From Myxococcota bacterium (lineage in GTDB: Bacteria; Myxococcota_A; Polyangia; Polyangiales; Sandaracinaceae), in NCBI GenBank assembly GCA_036149055.1, contig JAYZQJ010000128.1, forward strand, positions 32,001 to 96,000: a stretch of DNA of 64,000 nt, read 5' to 3'. Below the pieces are notes generated by a model. That model did no database searches. It was not told the origin of the DNA and saw only the letters and a list, made by a program, of their open reading frames with translations. The stretch's first letter is position 1; every line of letters starts with the position of its first letter. Both the position numbers and the translations under genes were made by a program. Of the stretch, positions 1-8,680 are shown piece after piece.

Positions 1-1561
1 TGGTGTACTGCCGGACCTCGGGCTCCGGGCTCTCGGTGAAGCCGACGACCAGGCTCAGCGTCCGCGGGCTCCGCATGTTGCCGATCGCGCCGAAGACGGG
101 CCTCAGATCGAGCGGCTCCTCGGCGGTGGCCAGCCCGTCCATGATGGCGTTCTCCGCCACCCCGCCGATGGCGTCGTCGCTCGGGTGCTGCCCGGCGATG
201 GCGCCCACCGCGAGCATCGCCTCCCGGGCGAGGATGCGCTCCGACGGCTCGTCGCTGGTGATCGCCGCCGCCTTCGACGCCATGTACTGCGCGTCGCTCA
301 CGTCGACGTCGTCTCGGTCGATCAGCGCGAACATCGCTCGCGTCCGCTCGAAGCTCGGCGCCGCCTCGTCGTGCATCACCTCTCGCAGCACCCCGAGGGC
401 CTCGGGGGTACGGGTGCGGGAGAGCGCCACGTAGGCGCCCGCGGTCGCGTTGGTCGGGAGCTCGCCGTCGCGCATCGACCGAACGAGCCGCGCGGCCGCC
501 TCGGGGCGCGCCTCGAGGTAGTCCGTGAGCGGCGGCCAGGTGTCCTGGAAGCCGACGTCTCGCTCGACGCGGCCGAGGTAGCTCGCCAGCGTCTGGGGAT
601 AGGTGTGCTGTCGCACCGCGTCCTGACGGCGACGATCCGCGAGGGTGAGCGGCCGGCCCGCGCGGCGCTCGAAGGTGCGGGGCAGGAGGTTCTCCCAGAC
701 GTACGCGTCGAGCTCGCGGGCCGCGCCCCGCATCACCGAGCCGCTCGAGGCGAGCGCGCGAGCGCTGACCCGGGTGCGGGTGAAGCCGCCGTCGCCGCGA
801 AGCTCCAGCGTCGACTCGAGGTCCGCGAAGAAGGGCCCCTGGCCCAGCTCGATCACCGCGTGACTCGCGACCGGCGCGGCGGCGAGCTCGGCCGGCTGCC
901 AGAAGCGGTCGTATCGCGTCACCCGACGGAGCACCTGTCGCGCCGAGGCGTCGCCGGCGGGCTCGAAGGTGGCCGTGAACGCGCCGAGCGCGTCCATCCG
1001 CTCGGCCGAGACCCGGTCGGTCTCGGGCCAGACGAAGCCGAGCTCCGCCGAGAGCGACTGCTGGATGCGCGCGTCGGCGCGGAGGGTGTCCTCGTGGCGT
1101 CCGAACGCCTCGATCGCGCAGTCCTCTCCGACCCGCAGGACGAAGGGAGCGAGCAGGCGGTGCGCCCCATCGATCGCGCTCGCCTCGAGGCGCGCGATCC
1201 GGGCGAGCAGCACCGCGCCCTCATCCGACGTCGGTCGCAGCGTCTCGAAGTGGAGGCGGAACGCCGCGCGCTGCTCGAGCTCGAAGGACCGTCGCTCCGC
1301 TCCCGGGACATCCGAGCGCTCGGCGCGGGTGACGACCTCGACCTCGTACGCCAGCCGGTCGTCCGCCGAGAACCGGCAGCCCCAGCTTCGGCCCGACGAC
1401 GCGTGCGACGACGGGTCGGCGCTCGGCCGCGGGGCCGCGAAGACGGGCGTCGCGGGCTCGGAGGTCGCTCCGGTCGGCGCGGACGAGTCCCCGGCGGCGA
1501 AGTAGACGATGGTTGCGGCTGCGGCCAGCGCCGCGCCGATCGGGAGGGCGTGTCTCCTCAT
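1..1561 (-). CDS. Secreted/membrane-anchored beta-sheet + HEAT-like helical repeat protein (possible Vitellogenin_N/LLTP-like); 3' end beyond window
   Basis: Absent from the ORF track because it has no stop in the window. ATG at 1561-1559 overlaps the TGA of the upstream gene (ATGA). Manual translation is open to base 1: MRRHALPIGAALAAAATIVYF..., a beta-rich region, then helical repeats ending ...LRPVFGAIGNMRSP...SPEPEVRQY. Confidence 0.8.
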   Translation of the reverse strand, partial: MRRHALPIGAALAAAATIVYFAAGDSSAPTGATSEPATPVFAAPRPSADPSSHASSGRSWGCRFSADDRLAYEVEVVTRAERSDVPGAERRSFELEQRAAFRLHFETLRPTSDEGAVLLARIARLEASAIDGAHRLLAPFVLRVGEDCAIEAFGRHEDTLRADARIQQSLSAELGFVWPETDRVSAERMDALGAFTATFEPAGDASARQVLRRVTRYDRFWQPAELAAAPVASHAVIELGQGPFFADLESTLELRGDGGFTRTRVSARALASSGSVMRGAARELDAYVWENLLPRTFERRAGRPLTLADRRRQDAVRQHTYPQTLASYLGRVERDVGFQDTWPPLTDYLEARPEAAARLVRSMRDGELPTNATAGAYVALSRTRTPEALGVLREVMHDEAAPSFERTRAMFALIDRDDVDVSDAQYMASKAAAITSDEPSERILAREAMLAVGAIAGQHPSDDAIGGVAENAIMDGLATAEEPLDLRPVFGAIGNMRSPRTLSLVVGFTESPEPEVRQYT

Positions 1562-4500
1562 CGGAACCTCTGGAAGTAGGGGAAGCTCTGCTCGTAGAGG
1601 CTGCCCTCGGCGATCACGTGCCCCTGGTACTTGATGATCGGCCAGCCGAAAGTGAGCGTGGTGAGGAGGAGCGGGATGCGGACCTCGGCCCGGATCTCGC
1701 CCTCGAGCGCCCGGACCTCCCACGGCACCTCGACGCCGTAGGCGCCCGCGATGCCGGTGGAGTCGTCCGCGAAGGTGAGGTGGTGGATCGTGTTGCTCAG
1801 CGTCGGCGTGAGCTTCGCCGAGATGAAGGTCACCGACGCCGTCACGCAGACGCCGGCTTCGTCGCTCGGCGAGCAGACGGCGAGGCCGACGCCAGCTCCG
1901 GCCGCGAGCTCGACGCCGAGCGACATCCGGAAGAAGTCCGCCTGACGCACCCGGTCGAACTGGCAGACGAAGGGGAGCTCCTCCGTCATCGGGGTCGGCC
2001 TGAGGGCGGGGGCGGCAGAGCCCTCGACCGCGACCATCGCGAGCCCGGTGGGCGTCGTGCCGGTCGGCATCAGCGTCCCGCGCGAGAAGCTGCGCGCCAG
2101 GCCCCCGTCGACGTAGGTCAAGGCGCCCGCGCCAGTACCGGCCGCGAGCTCGCCCCCGTTCGACAGCCACCGCATCGAGGTCTGCAGCTCGGAGCCGCAG
2201 CGGGTGGCGTCGTAGTTGGAAGCGCACTGCGCGTCCGGGTGGTAGGTGGCGCTCTGCCCGCCCACCCAGGCGGCGACGCCCGCCAAGGCCGCGAGCGCCT
2301 CGGCTTCGGCCGCGGACTGCGGCTCGGCGAGACGGCCGCCGAGCTCGGCGCACGCGTCGGAGGCCGCCTGGAACGCGGCCGTCTCCTCCCCCGACGGCAC
2401 CAGGCAGCCCTGCGCGATCGACGCGCCGGCGGGGTAGGCGGTGTCGGGCGCGGCCCCGCCGACCGTCTGGATGCAAGGGAACGCCTCGTCGTCATCTTCG
2501 CTGGGCGCGAACTGGGCGCCCAGCTTGAGCGCCACGCCGACCCCCGCCGAGACGACCGCGACGACCGTGACGGGCAGTGGGCCGATGGTGAGCTTGGTCT
2601 TGACGCCCACCGCGAGCCCGAGGCCCTCGACGCCCGCGTACCGGCCGCGGGACCACTCCCGGATGAGCGGCGCCGGAGGCGTCCGGCGGGAGGCGTTGAG
2701 GGACGCGATGATCGGATCCCATGGGGGCTCGATGGAGACCTCGACCGGCTCCGACGCGTCGACCGCGGGCGGGCGCGCCAGGTCGGCCTCGATGCGGTCC
2801 ATCGTCATCACGCCGGCGACCTCGACCACCTGCCCGGTCTCGGCCGCCATGACGTCGCTGGAGCCGCGTTGGTGCTGGCTGGACGCGTCGACCGCGTAGA
2901 GCGACTGCGCGAAGTCTCCCCCCGTCGCGGCGTCGGCGGAGAAGTCGTTCTCACAGCCCGCGTTGGTGCACGCCTGGGCGACGCCTTGATCCGTGTCGGC
3001 CGAGGCGTTCGTCGCCCGGTCCCCGCGGCCCTCGCCGCCGCCTTCCCAGAGCGGGCCCTGACCGACCACGGGCTCCACGAAGCGGTCGCGGACGATGCGG
3101 AGCGAGGTGCTCAGTCCCCGATACTCCCAGGGCACGCGGATGGGCCCGGTTCGCGCGCTGTCTCGGAGCACGTAGTAGACGAGGTCCACGGGGAGGTCGA
3201 CGTCTTCGTAGGCGTCGGGGAGCTCCATCAGCGTTCGGCGCCCCTCGCGGGAAAGGGAGAAGGTGCTTCGGGCGTTGAAGCTCCTCCCGTCCCAAGGCAT
3301 CTGCGCCACGCCGAGCGGGATCGGGGAGCGATAGGGCTCGCCCTCCAGCGTCGGGATGCGAAGCGAGCCGGCGACCCGGAGCACCGGGTCGGCGGGGCCG
3401 TCCGGCGTCGCCCAGGAGTAGGGGTTGGCTGGGTTGTCGCCGATGACCGAAATGTCCGACTCCACCTCGATGACCACCTCGCGGTTGGGCCGCGTGTTCA
3501 CCGAGAGCAGCGGCTCCACGACGCGCGCCGCCTCCGGGAGAACGATGACGTGGGAGGCGGGGCCGCCGAGCAGATCGATCCGTGAGTCGGAGACCACGCG
3601 CTGGAGGTAGTAGCCGGCGAGGTCGTATCGCTGGGTCCGCGCGTCGTAGAAGAAGGCGGGCGGGTTGATGGCGCACTGGTCGTCGCCCGATTGGTAGTAG
3701 GTGCCCGAGGTCAGCGAAGCCAAGAGCCGCGCGCGGTCGATACGCCCAAGCCGCCCACAGGACAGCGGTATGCGCGCGCTGAGGCGCTCGCCGTCGGCGT
3801 CGGTGGGCGCGATGACGCGCCGACCGATCGAGCAGACGTGGGTGTAGCGAGTGGTCTGCGACGCCTGGTCCCACTCGGGTCTCGCGATCCAGAGGTCGAC
3901 CGGGATCGACTCCTCTGTCGTGTTCCGGACGAGGAGGCCGAACTCGGCCCCGGGCGCGTAGTGGTCTCCTCCGTCGGAAGAATAGTTGATGCTGCGGCCG
4001 TCCTCTCGGAGGACCTCCGGACTGGGGATGATCTCGAACCCGGTGATGCCGAGGGTCCCGCCGGGCATGGGCCGGCGGCCGTCCGAGCCGGTGATGACCT
4101 GCATCGTCTCGTCGGCCACGCAGTTCATCATCTCGTCGCGGCGCGAGGGGCCGTAGCAATGCGCGGGCACGCACGCGCTCCGAGGCGCGCTCGGGGTCAC
4201 GGCGCGCTCCGGCGGGTTGCAGGTCACCTGCCAGGTGTCGATGCCGTCGGTGTCGTCGAGGGGCGCCGCGGTGTCGTAGACGATCTGGTATCGTCGGGGG
4301 GCGCTCGTCTCGGGATCGATGTCGCCCAGGCCGCAGTTCCAGCGCACCGTGCGGGCGCCCGGGTTGTCGCAGGCGACGGTGAAGTCGCAGGTCCCGCGGC
4401 TCCCCGCGCAGGCACGGCGCGCGGCGGCCGTCGACGCCTCGGCGGTCTCGGTGCCCTCGTCGTCGTCGCAGGTCACCGCGTCGATGTCGATCGCGACGGG

Positions 4501-4740
4501 GATGGGCAGGGGCCCGTCGAAGGTCGCGTCCCCGTCGTCGACGTCGAGCCGATCGGGGTTCCTCAGCTGCTCGTCGATGAGCTCGGCGGGGGGGTGGGTC
4601 CGGTAGTTCCACCCGATGAAGCCCTCGGGGCACTCGAGGGTCGGGTCGAGCCCGCTCTCGTCCGCGGTCACGTCGTCGCCGGCGCAGCCACTGACCGCGA
4701 GGCCCGCCAGCAGCGTCAGGCGCATCATCGTTCTGCTCAT
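1558..4740 (-). CDS. Large lipoprotein (~1060 aa) with Cys-rich N-terminal part, C-type lectin-like domain and beta-strand-rich C-terminus
   Basis: 3' part of ORF 1558..5490. Start re-placed at MSRTMMRLTLLAGLAVSG-C (lipobox) after AGAGG; GTG at 4746 is an alternative. CTLD-like motifs FQAASDACAELGGRLAEPQS, AWVGG, RWLSNG, LPFVCQ. Confidence 0.8.
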   Translation of the reverse strand: MSRTMMRLTLLAGLAVSGCAGDDVTADESGLDPTLECPEGFIGWNYRTHPPAELIDEQLRNPDRLDVDDGDATFDGPLPIPVAIDIDAVTCDDDEGTETAEASTAAARRACAGSRGTCDFTVACDNPGARTVRWNCGLGDIDPETSAPRRYQIVYDTAAPLDDTDGIDTWQVTCNPPERAVTPSAPRSACVPAHCYGPSRRDEMMNCVADETMQVITGSDGRRPMPGGTLGITGFEIIPSPEVLREDGRSINYSSDGGDHYAPGAEFGLLVRNTTEESIPVDLWIARPEWDQASQTTRYTHVCSIGRRVIAPTDADGERLSARIPLSCGRLGRIDRARLLASLTSGTYYQSGDDQCAINPPAFFYDARTQRYDLAGYYLQRVVSDSRIDLLGGPASHVIVLPEAARVVEPLLSVNTRPNREVVIEVESDISVIGDNPANPYSWATPDGPADPVLRVAGSLRIPTLEGEPYRSPIPLGVAQMPWDGRSFNARSTFSLSREGRRTLMELPDAYEDVDLPVDLVYYVLRDSARTGPIRVPWEYRGLSTSLRIVRDRFVEPVVGQGPLWEGGGEGRGDRATNASADTDQGVAQACTNAGCENDFSADAATGGDFAQSLYAVDASSQHQRGSSDVMAAETGQVVEVAGVMTMDRIEADLARPPAVDASEPVEVSIEPPWDPIIASLNASRRTPPAPLIREWSRGRYAGVEGLGLAVGVKTKLTIGPLPVTVVAVVSAGVGVALKLGAQFAPSEDDDEAFPCIQTVGGAAPDTAYPAGASIAQGCLVPSGEETAAFQAASDACAELGGRLAEPQSAAEAEALAALAGVAAWVGGQSATYHPDAQCASNYDATRCGSELQTSMRWLSNGGELAAGTGAGALTYVDGGLARSFSRGTLMPTGTTPTGLAMVAVEGSAAPALRPTPMTEELPFVCQFDRVRQADFFRMSLGVELAAGAGVGLAVCSPSDEAGVCVTASVTFISAKLTPTLSNTIHHLTFADDSTGIAGAYGVEVPWEVRALEGEIRAEVRIPLLLTTLTFGWPIIKYQGHVIAEGSLYEQSFPYFQRFR

Positions 4741-4775
4741 CTTCACGTCGCCTCTCATCGCCGGTTCGTCCACGC

Positions 4776-7700
4776 TCAGGGCACGCATCGGATCACCACG
4801 CAGCCGTCGCCACCGTACGTCGTGCCGACGCCGCCGGGCTCGCTCGCCGCCGCCGATCTCCGCGCGGTGCAGAGGGCGTAGTCCGGGGACCCCGTGTTGA
4901 CGGCGTTGCCGGTCGACGAGCTCATCGGGGTGAGCCCTCCGCTGAGCACCCCGAAGGCGCCGCCGCTCGCGTCGGTGAAGGTGAAGGCGGAGCCGCCGAC
5001 GCCGCCGGGCTCGCCCGCGCCGCCGCCGCCGCCGCCGTCTCCCGACGGCGCATCCTCGCCGCTCGGGCCGGTGGCTCCGCCGCTGGTGGCGTCGCCGCCG
5101 CTGCCGGCCGGCGCCGCGAACGCGTCGCTGGAGCCGCCGCCTCCGCCGGGGACCGAGAACTGCAGCGTCGCGCTGCCGGTCTGGCGGACGGAGGTGAGCC
5201 CGCCGCCGCTGCCCCCGCCGGCGCTGAAGCTTCCGTCGCCGTCGCCGTCGCCCCCGCTGGCGGGGGTGCCGTAGAGCGAGCCGATCGACGCGGTGCCGAA
5301 GACCGCCGACACCCCGGCCATCTCGCCGCCCTGGCCGACCCACACCGTGAACACGTCGCCGGGCGTGACCGGGAGCGTGCCCTCCACGTAGCCGCCCGCG
5401 CCCCCGTAGGAACGGTCGGGGGGGAAGCCGGTCTCCTGACCGCCCGCGCCGCCGCCGGCGCCCCACGCGGCCACGAAGACCTGGGTGCACATCGCGGGCA
5501 CGGTGAAGGTGCCGGACGGCGCGACCCCGTCGGCGGTCGGCACGTCGAAGACGGCCGAGCAGCCGCTCATGCAGCTCGGCGGGGGTCCGCTGTCCACGCC
5601 GCTGTCCACGCCACTGTCGGCCACCATGCCGGCGTCACGCCCCCCGTCGACGCCGGCGTCCATGCCCACGCCAGCGTCCCCGGTCGGGCGGCTCGTGACC
5701 GAGCAGCGCAGCGCGACGCTCTCGGGGCGCGAGGGCATGCGGAAGCCGGTGTCGGTCACCAGCGCGCCGCCAACATCGAAGTTGCAGGTGGTGTCCACCA
5801 GCGAGCCCCCGTAGGTGACGGGATCGGGCTGCGTCGGGATCGTGAGCCGGTAGCTCACCGCGCTCCCGAGCGTGAACAGCCCGTTCTGGTTGAAGCTCAC
5901 CGTGTCGGCGGTCCCGTCGAGGTCACGGGTGATTCGTAGGACCGCGCCGGGCGGGAGCCCCTGAACGTTCGCCCGGACCGCGGCCGTCGCGTAGGAGCAG
6001 TCGATGGTCGCCACGTCGAGGCGGTCGAAGTGGACCGTTCCGGAGAGGTTGGGGGAGCCGTCACCCGTCCACCCGAAGGCGGCGCGCGTGAAGACGCAGC
6101 TGAGCCCGGGGTCGCTGTTGTCGAGCCGCAGGTCGTAGGCGTAGCCGCGCGGCAGCACGTGCGTGAAGTCCGCGCCGGTCGACGGAGACAGGGCCTGGCG
6201 GGTGGAGACGCCGTCGACTGTGACGTCGATGCCCAGCGTCGAGCCCGGCGAGAGGCCGCGAACCAAGAACCTCGGCGAATATGTGGCTCGGCACGTCGCT
6301 TCGACGCAGATCCCGTCCTCACAGTCCGAGCCCTCGCGACACGAGTCATGCACTATGCAGCGTCCACAGAGGGTGCCTCCGCAGTCGATGTCCGACTCGG
6401 TCCCGTTCAGAATGCGGTCCTCGCAAGTATCGTTGCGGCACGTCCCCCGCGAGCAGAATCCGTTGCAGTCCGCGTTCTCCTCGCATGACAGGCCCACGTC
6501 GCAGCCGCCGCAGACGGCGCCGCCGCAGTCCACGTCGGTCTCGCCGGTGTCCTGGACGCCGTTGGCGCAGAGCTGCGAGAGCTCGACGCCGGTCGTCTCG
6601 CCGGTCTCCGGGTCGACGGAGACCCGGCTCGTGTCCTCGCCGTCGCTGGTGTAGCTGGTCTCGCTGGTGGTCGCGGTGCCGTCGGGCTCGCGCCGGGTCA
6701 CGGTGACCTGCGTGGTCTCTCCTTCGTCGACGCCGGTGCTGTCGACCTCGACCTTGCCCTCGGGGGTGAGGCGCACCGAGACGCTGTCCGCGCCGTCGTC
6801 GACCACCACCGTGACCTCGACCTCGCCGTCTTCGGTCTGGTAGGTGACCCGCGCCCGGACCGGGGTCCCCGATCGCGAGGCGACGGTCAGCTCGCCGCCT
6901 TCGGTGACCCGGACCGTGTCCTGCTCGGAGGCGTCTCCGTCGATGCCGGTGATCTCCACCGAGAAGTGGCCGGGGCGGTTCACGACGACGCTGCCGCCGC
7001 CCTCCTCGTCCATGCCGATCCCGCCCGAGTAGGTGAGCTCGACGTCGCTGCCGCCGCTGGCGGGGATCGTCATGCGCATCGGGCCGCGCGAGCCGCAGCG
7101 GCAGCTGGCGAACACCGGCACGAGCGCCGCGCCGTTCTCCTCGATGACCGCGCCGCCCTGGACGCCGACCCGCGCGTCGCCGACCGACGCGAGCGCCGAC
7201 AGGCCGCCCTCGGTCGAGACGGAGATCCCGTCGCGCTCGAAGGGCGCGGGCAGCACCCCGCGGCGGGCCGCGATCGGCGCGAAGTAGAGCGCGTTGCCGT
7301 TCTCTCGCGTGCCCTCGTAGAGCACGGAGCTGCCGTCGGGCAGCGGCATGTCGTAGGTCCAGGTGCCGGCGCCCTCGTCGATGCGGATCACCTGCTCGAG
7401 CTGCGGGCGGTTGCTGTCGTAGACGCGGAGGAAGTAGAGGTCGGCGCGCTCGCCGCGGTAGTAGCCGATGGGCACCAGGGCGTGGGCGAAGTCGAACCCG
7501 GCCTCGGTGCGTCGCGCGATCGCCAACCGGTAGCGCTCGCCGCCCTCGGCGAAGGCCTCCTCGACGAGGAACTGCATCACGTCCTCGGCGATGAAGCGGC
7601 GGTTGGTCGTGGGGGGCAGCGCGTACTGCGACGCCGACCAGTAGGCGAGCTCGGCCTGCAGCGCGAGGTTGCCGGGCAGCACCAGCTCCGCCGCGGTCTC

Positions 7701-8066
7701 GGCGCCGAAGTCGGACGGGGAGAGGTCCCCGGTCGCGAACAACATCGAGAGGATCGCGAAGCCCTCGCTGTAGCCGGCCCGCAGCGCGATGTTCGACTCC
7801 GCGATCCAGGCGGCGGCCTCGGGCGTCGGCGTGCAGGGGAGCGCGCCCCCGACGCAGGTGACGTCGGCGCCGAACATGCGCGCCGCCAGATCGGCGCTCA
7901 TCGGCATCCCGCGGTCTTCGAGCGCGAAGTTCTCGAAGGTGAAGGCGTCGCGCCGGAAGTCGTACTCCCAGGCGAGATCGGGGGGATGAGAGTCCCCCGA
8001 GCAGCCGGCCCCGGCGAGGGCGATGAGAAGCAGTAGAGACGAGGCGGTGAAGCGGGGTGAGGTCAC
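4776..8066 (-). CDS. Large surface lipoprotein (1096 aa): papain-like N-terminal domain, myxobacterial Cys-rich repeats, DAG/DSG linker, C-terminal glycine-rich domain
   Basis: Lipobox LAGAG-C; two C-x-NG/DR-x-ET/SD-x-DCGG repeats; C-terminal VFVAAWGAGGGAGG...GGAGGYVEGTLPVTPGDVFTVWVGQGG typical of ALK/LTK-like Gly-rich domains. Confidence 0.85.
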   Translation of the reverse strand: MTSPRFTASSLLLLIALAGAGCSGDSHPPDLAWEYDFRRDAFTFENFALEDRGMPMSADLAARMFGADVTCVGGALPCTPTPEAAAWIAESNIALRAGYSEGFAILSMLFATGDLSPSDFGAETAAELVLPGNLALQAELAYWSASQYALPPTTNRRFIAEDVMQFLVEEAFAEGGERYRLAIARRTEAGFDFAHALVPIGYYRGERADLYFLRVYDSNRPQLEQVIRIDEGAGTWTYDMPLPDGSSVLYEGTRENGNALYFAPIAARRGVLPAPFERDGISVSTEGGLSALASVGDARVGVQGGAVIEENGAALVPVFASCRCGSRGPMRMTIPASGGSDVELTYSGGIGMDEEGGGSVVVNRPGHFSVEITGIDGDASEQDTVRVTEGGELTVASRSGTPVRARVTYQTEDGEVEVTVVVDDGADSVSVRLTPEGKVEVDSTGVDEGETTQVTVTRREPDGTATTSETSYTSDGEDTSRVSVDPETGETTGVELSQLCANGVQDTGETDVDCGGAVCGGCDVGLSCEENADCNGFCSRGTCRNDTCEDRILNGTESDIDCGGTLCGRCIVHDSCREGSDCEDGICVEATCRATYSPRFLVRGLSPGSTLGIDVTVDGVSTRQALSPSTGADFTHVLPRGYAYDLRLDNSDPGLSCVFTRAAFGWTGDGSPNLSGTVHFDRLDVATIDCSYATAAVRANVQGLPPGAVLRITRDLDGTADTVSFNQNGLFTLGSAVSYRLTIPTQPDPVTYGGSLVDTTCNFDVGGALVTDTGFRMPSRPESVALRCSVTSRPTGDAGVGMDAGVDGGRDAGMVADSGVDSGVDSGPPPSCMSGCSAVFDVPTADGVAPSGTFTVPAMCTQVFVAAWGAGGGAGGQETGFPPDRSYGGAGGYVEGTLPVTPGDVFTVWVGQGGEMAGVSAVFGTASIGSLYGTPASGGDGDGDGSFSAGGGSGGGLTSVRQTGSATLQFSVPGGGGGSSDAFAAPAGSGGDATSGGATGPSGEDAPSGDGGGGGGAGEPGGVGGSAFTFTDASGGAFGVLSGGLTPMSSSTGNAVNTGSPDYALCTARRSAAASEPGGVGTTYGGDGCVVIRCVP

Positions 8067-8148
8067 GTCGAGGCGCCGACGCGAACGGGAAATCGGCTCG
8101 GCGCCGCGCTCGCGTACCGCAAGGTACGGCAGTCCGAGCGGAATCCGT

Positions 8149-8178
8149 ACCCTATTTGTAGAAAATTCTACGACTCAA
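8149..8178 (-). promoter_or_regulatory. Putative sigma70-type promoter with operator-like palindrome in the spacer
   Basis: Minus strand TTGAGT-N18-TAGGGT in an AT-rich patch ~80 bp upstream of the 8066 start; GTAGAA-AA-TTCTAC inverted repeat at 8158-8171. Confidence 0.5.
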
Positions 8179-8276
8179 TACGGTGGTACCCTGCAGAGGA
8201 CAGTCATTCACGCAGCTCCCCCTCCACGCGGGGGTCCGCCGAGCCGCACAAACGCTGGTAATCCTGAGGTTTTCCG

Positions 8277-8654
8277 CTACTGGACGCGGCCGAGCAGGGT
8301 CTCGGCCTCCTCGGCGTCGAGACCGAGCGCGCCGGCCACCTCGAGCACGCGGTCGCGCTCGATCTGGTGCACGCCGTGGCTCCGCGCCTCCTGCACCGCG
8401 CAGACGAGCGCGTCGCGCGTCGACGCGAGGTCGGCGTCCGCGGCCGCGTCCCGGACCCACTCGAGCGGGTCCTCCATCGCCATCTCGGTGAGCACCTCGA
8501 CGATGTGCCGGTCGATCGTGCCCGGCGGCAGCGGGGCGCGCTTGACGATGAGCTCCCGGAGCACCCGCCGCTCGTCGGCGTCGAGCTCTCGGTCCGCGAA
8601 CGCGACGTAGATGCACGCGCCGATGAGCAACCGCAGCGAGGGATCCATGAGCAC
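8277..8654 (-). CDS. TerB-like (tellurite resistance family) protein
   Basis: VAFADRELDADERRVL...ERDRVLEVAGALGL pattern typical of the TerB fold. Confidence 0.7.
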   Translation of the reverse strand: MLMDPSLRLLIGACIYVAFADRELDADERRVLRELIVKRAPLPPGTIDRHIVEVLTEMAMEDPLEWVRDAAADADLASTRDALVCAVQEARSHGVHQIERDRVLEVAGALGLDAEEAETLLGRVQ

Positions 8655-8680
8655 AGCCTAGATCCGCTCGGCGCCGAGCG

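Noticed and set aside
1957..2412. C-type lectin as a diversity-generating retroelement target
   Set aside because: No reverse transcriptase and no template/variable repeat pair seen in the window.
185..3585. Plus-strand ORFs 185..1579 and 1513..3585
   Set aside because: Shadows of the minus-strand operon, with no recognisable domains.
4741..5490. N-terminal extension of ORF 1558..5490
   Set aside because: Arg-rich alternate frame over the Gly-rich gene; the true start lies just before the lipobox.
8277..8654. Tellurite-resistance or anti-phage ter operon
   Set aside because: A single TerB-like gene with no other ter genes.
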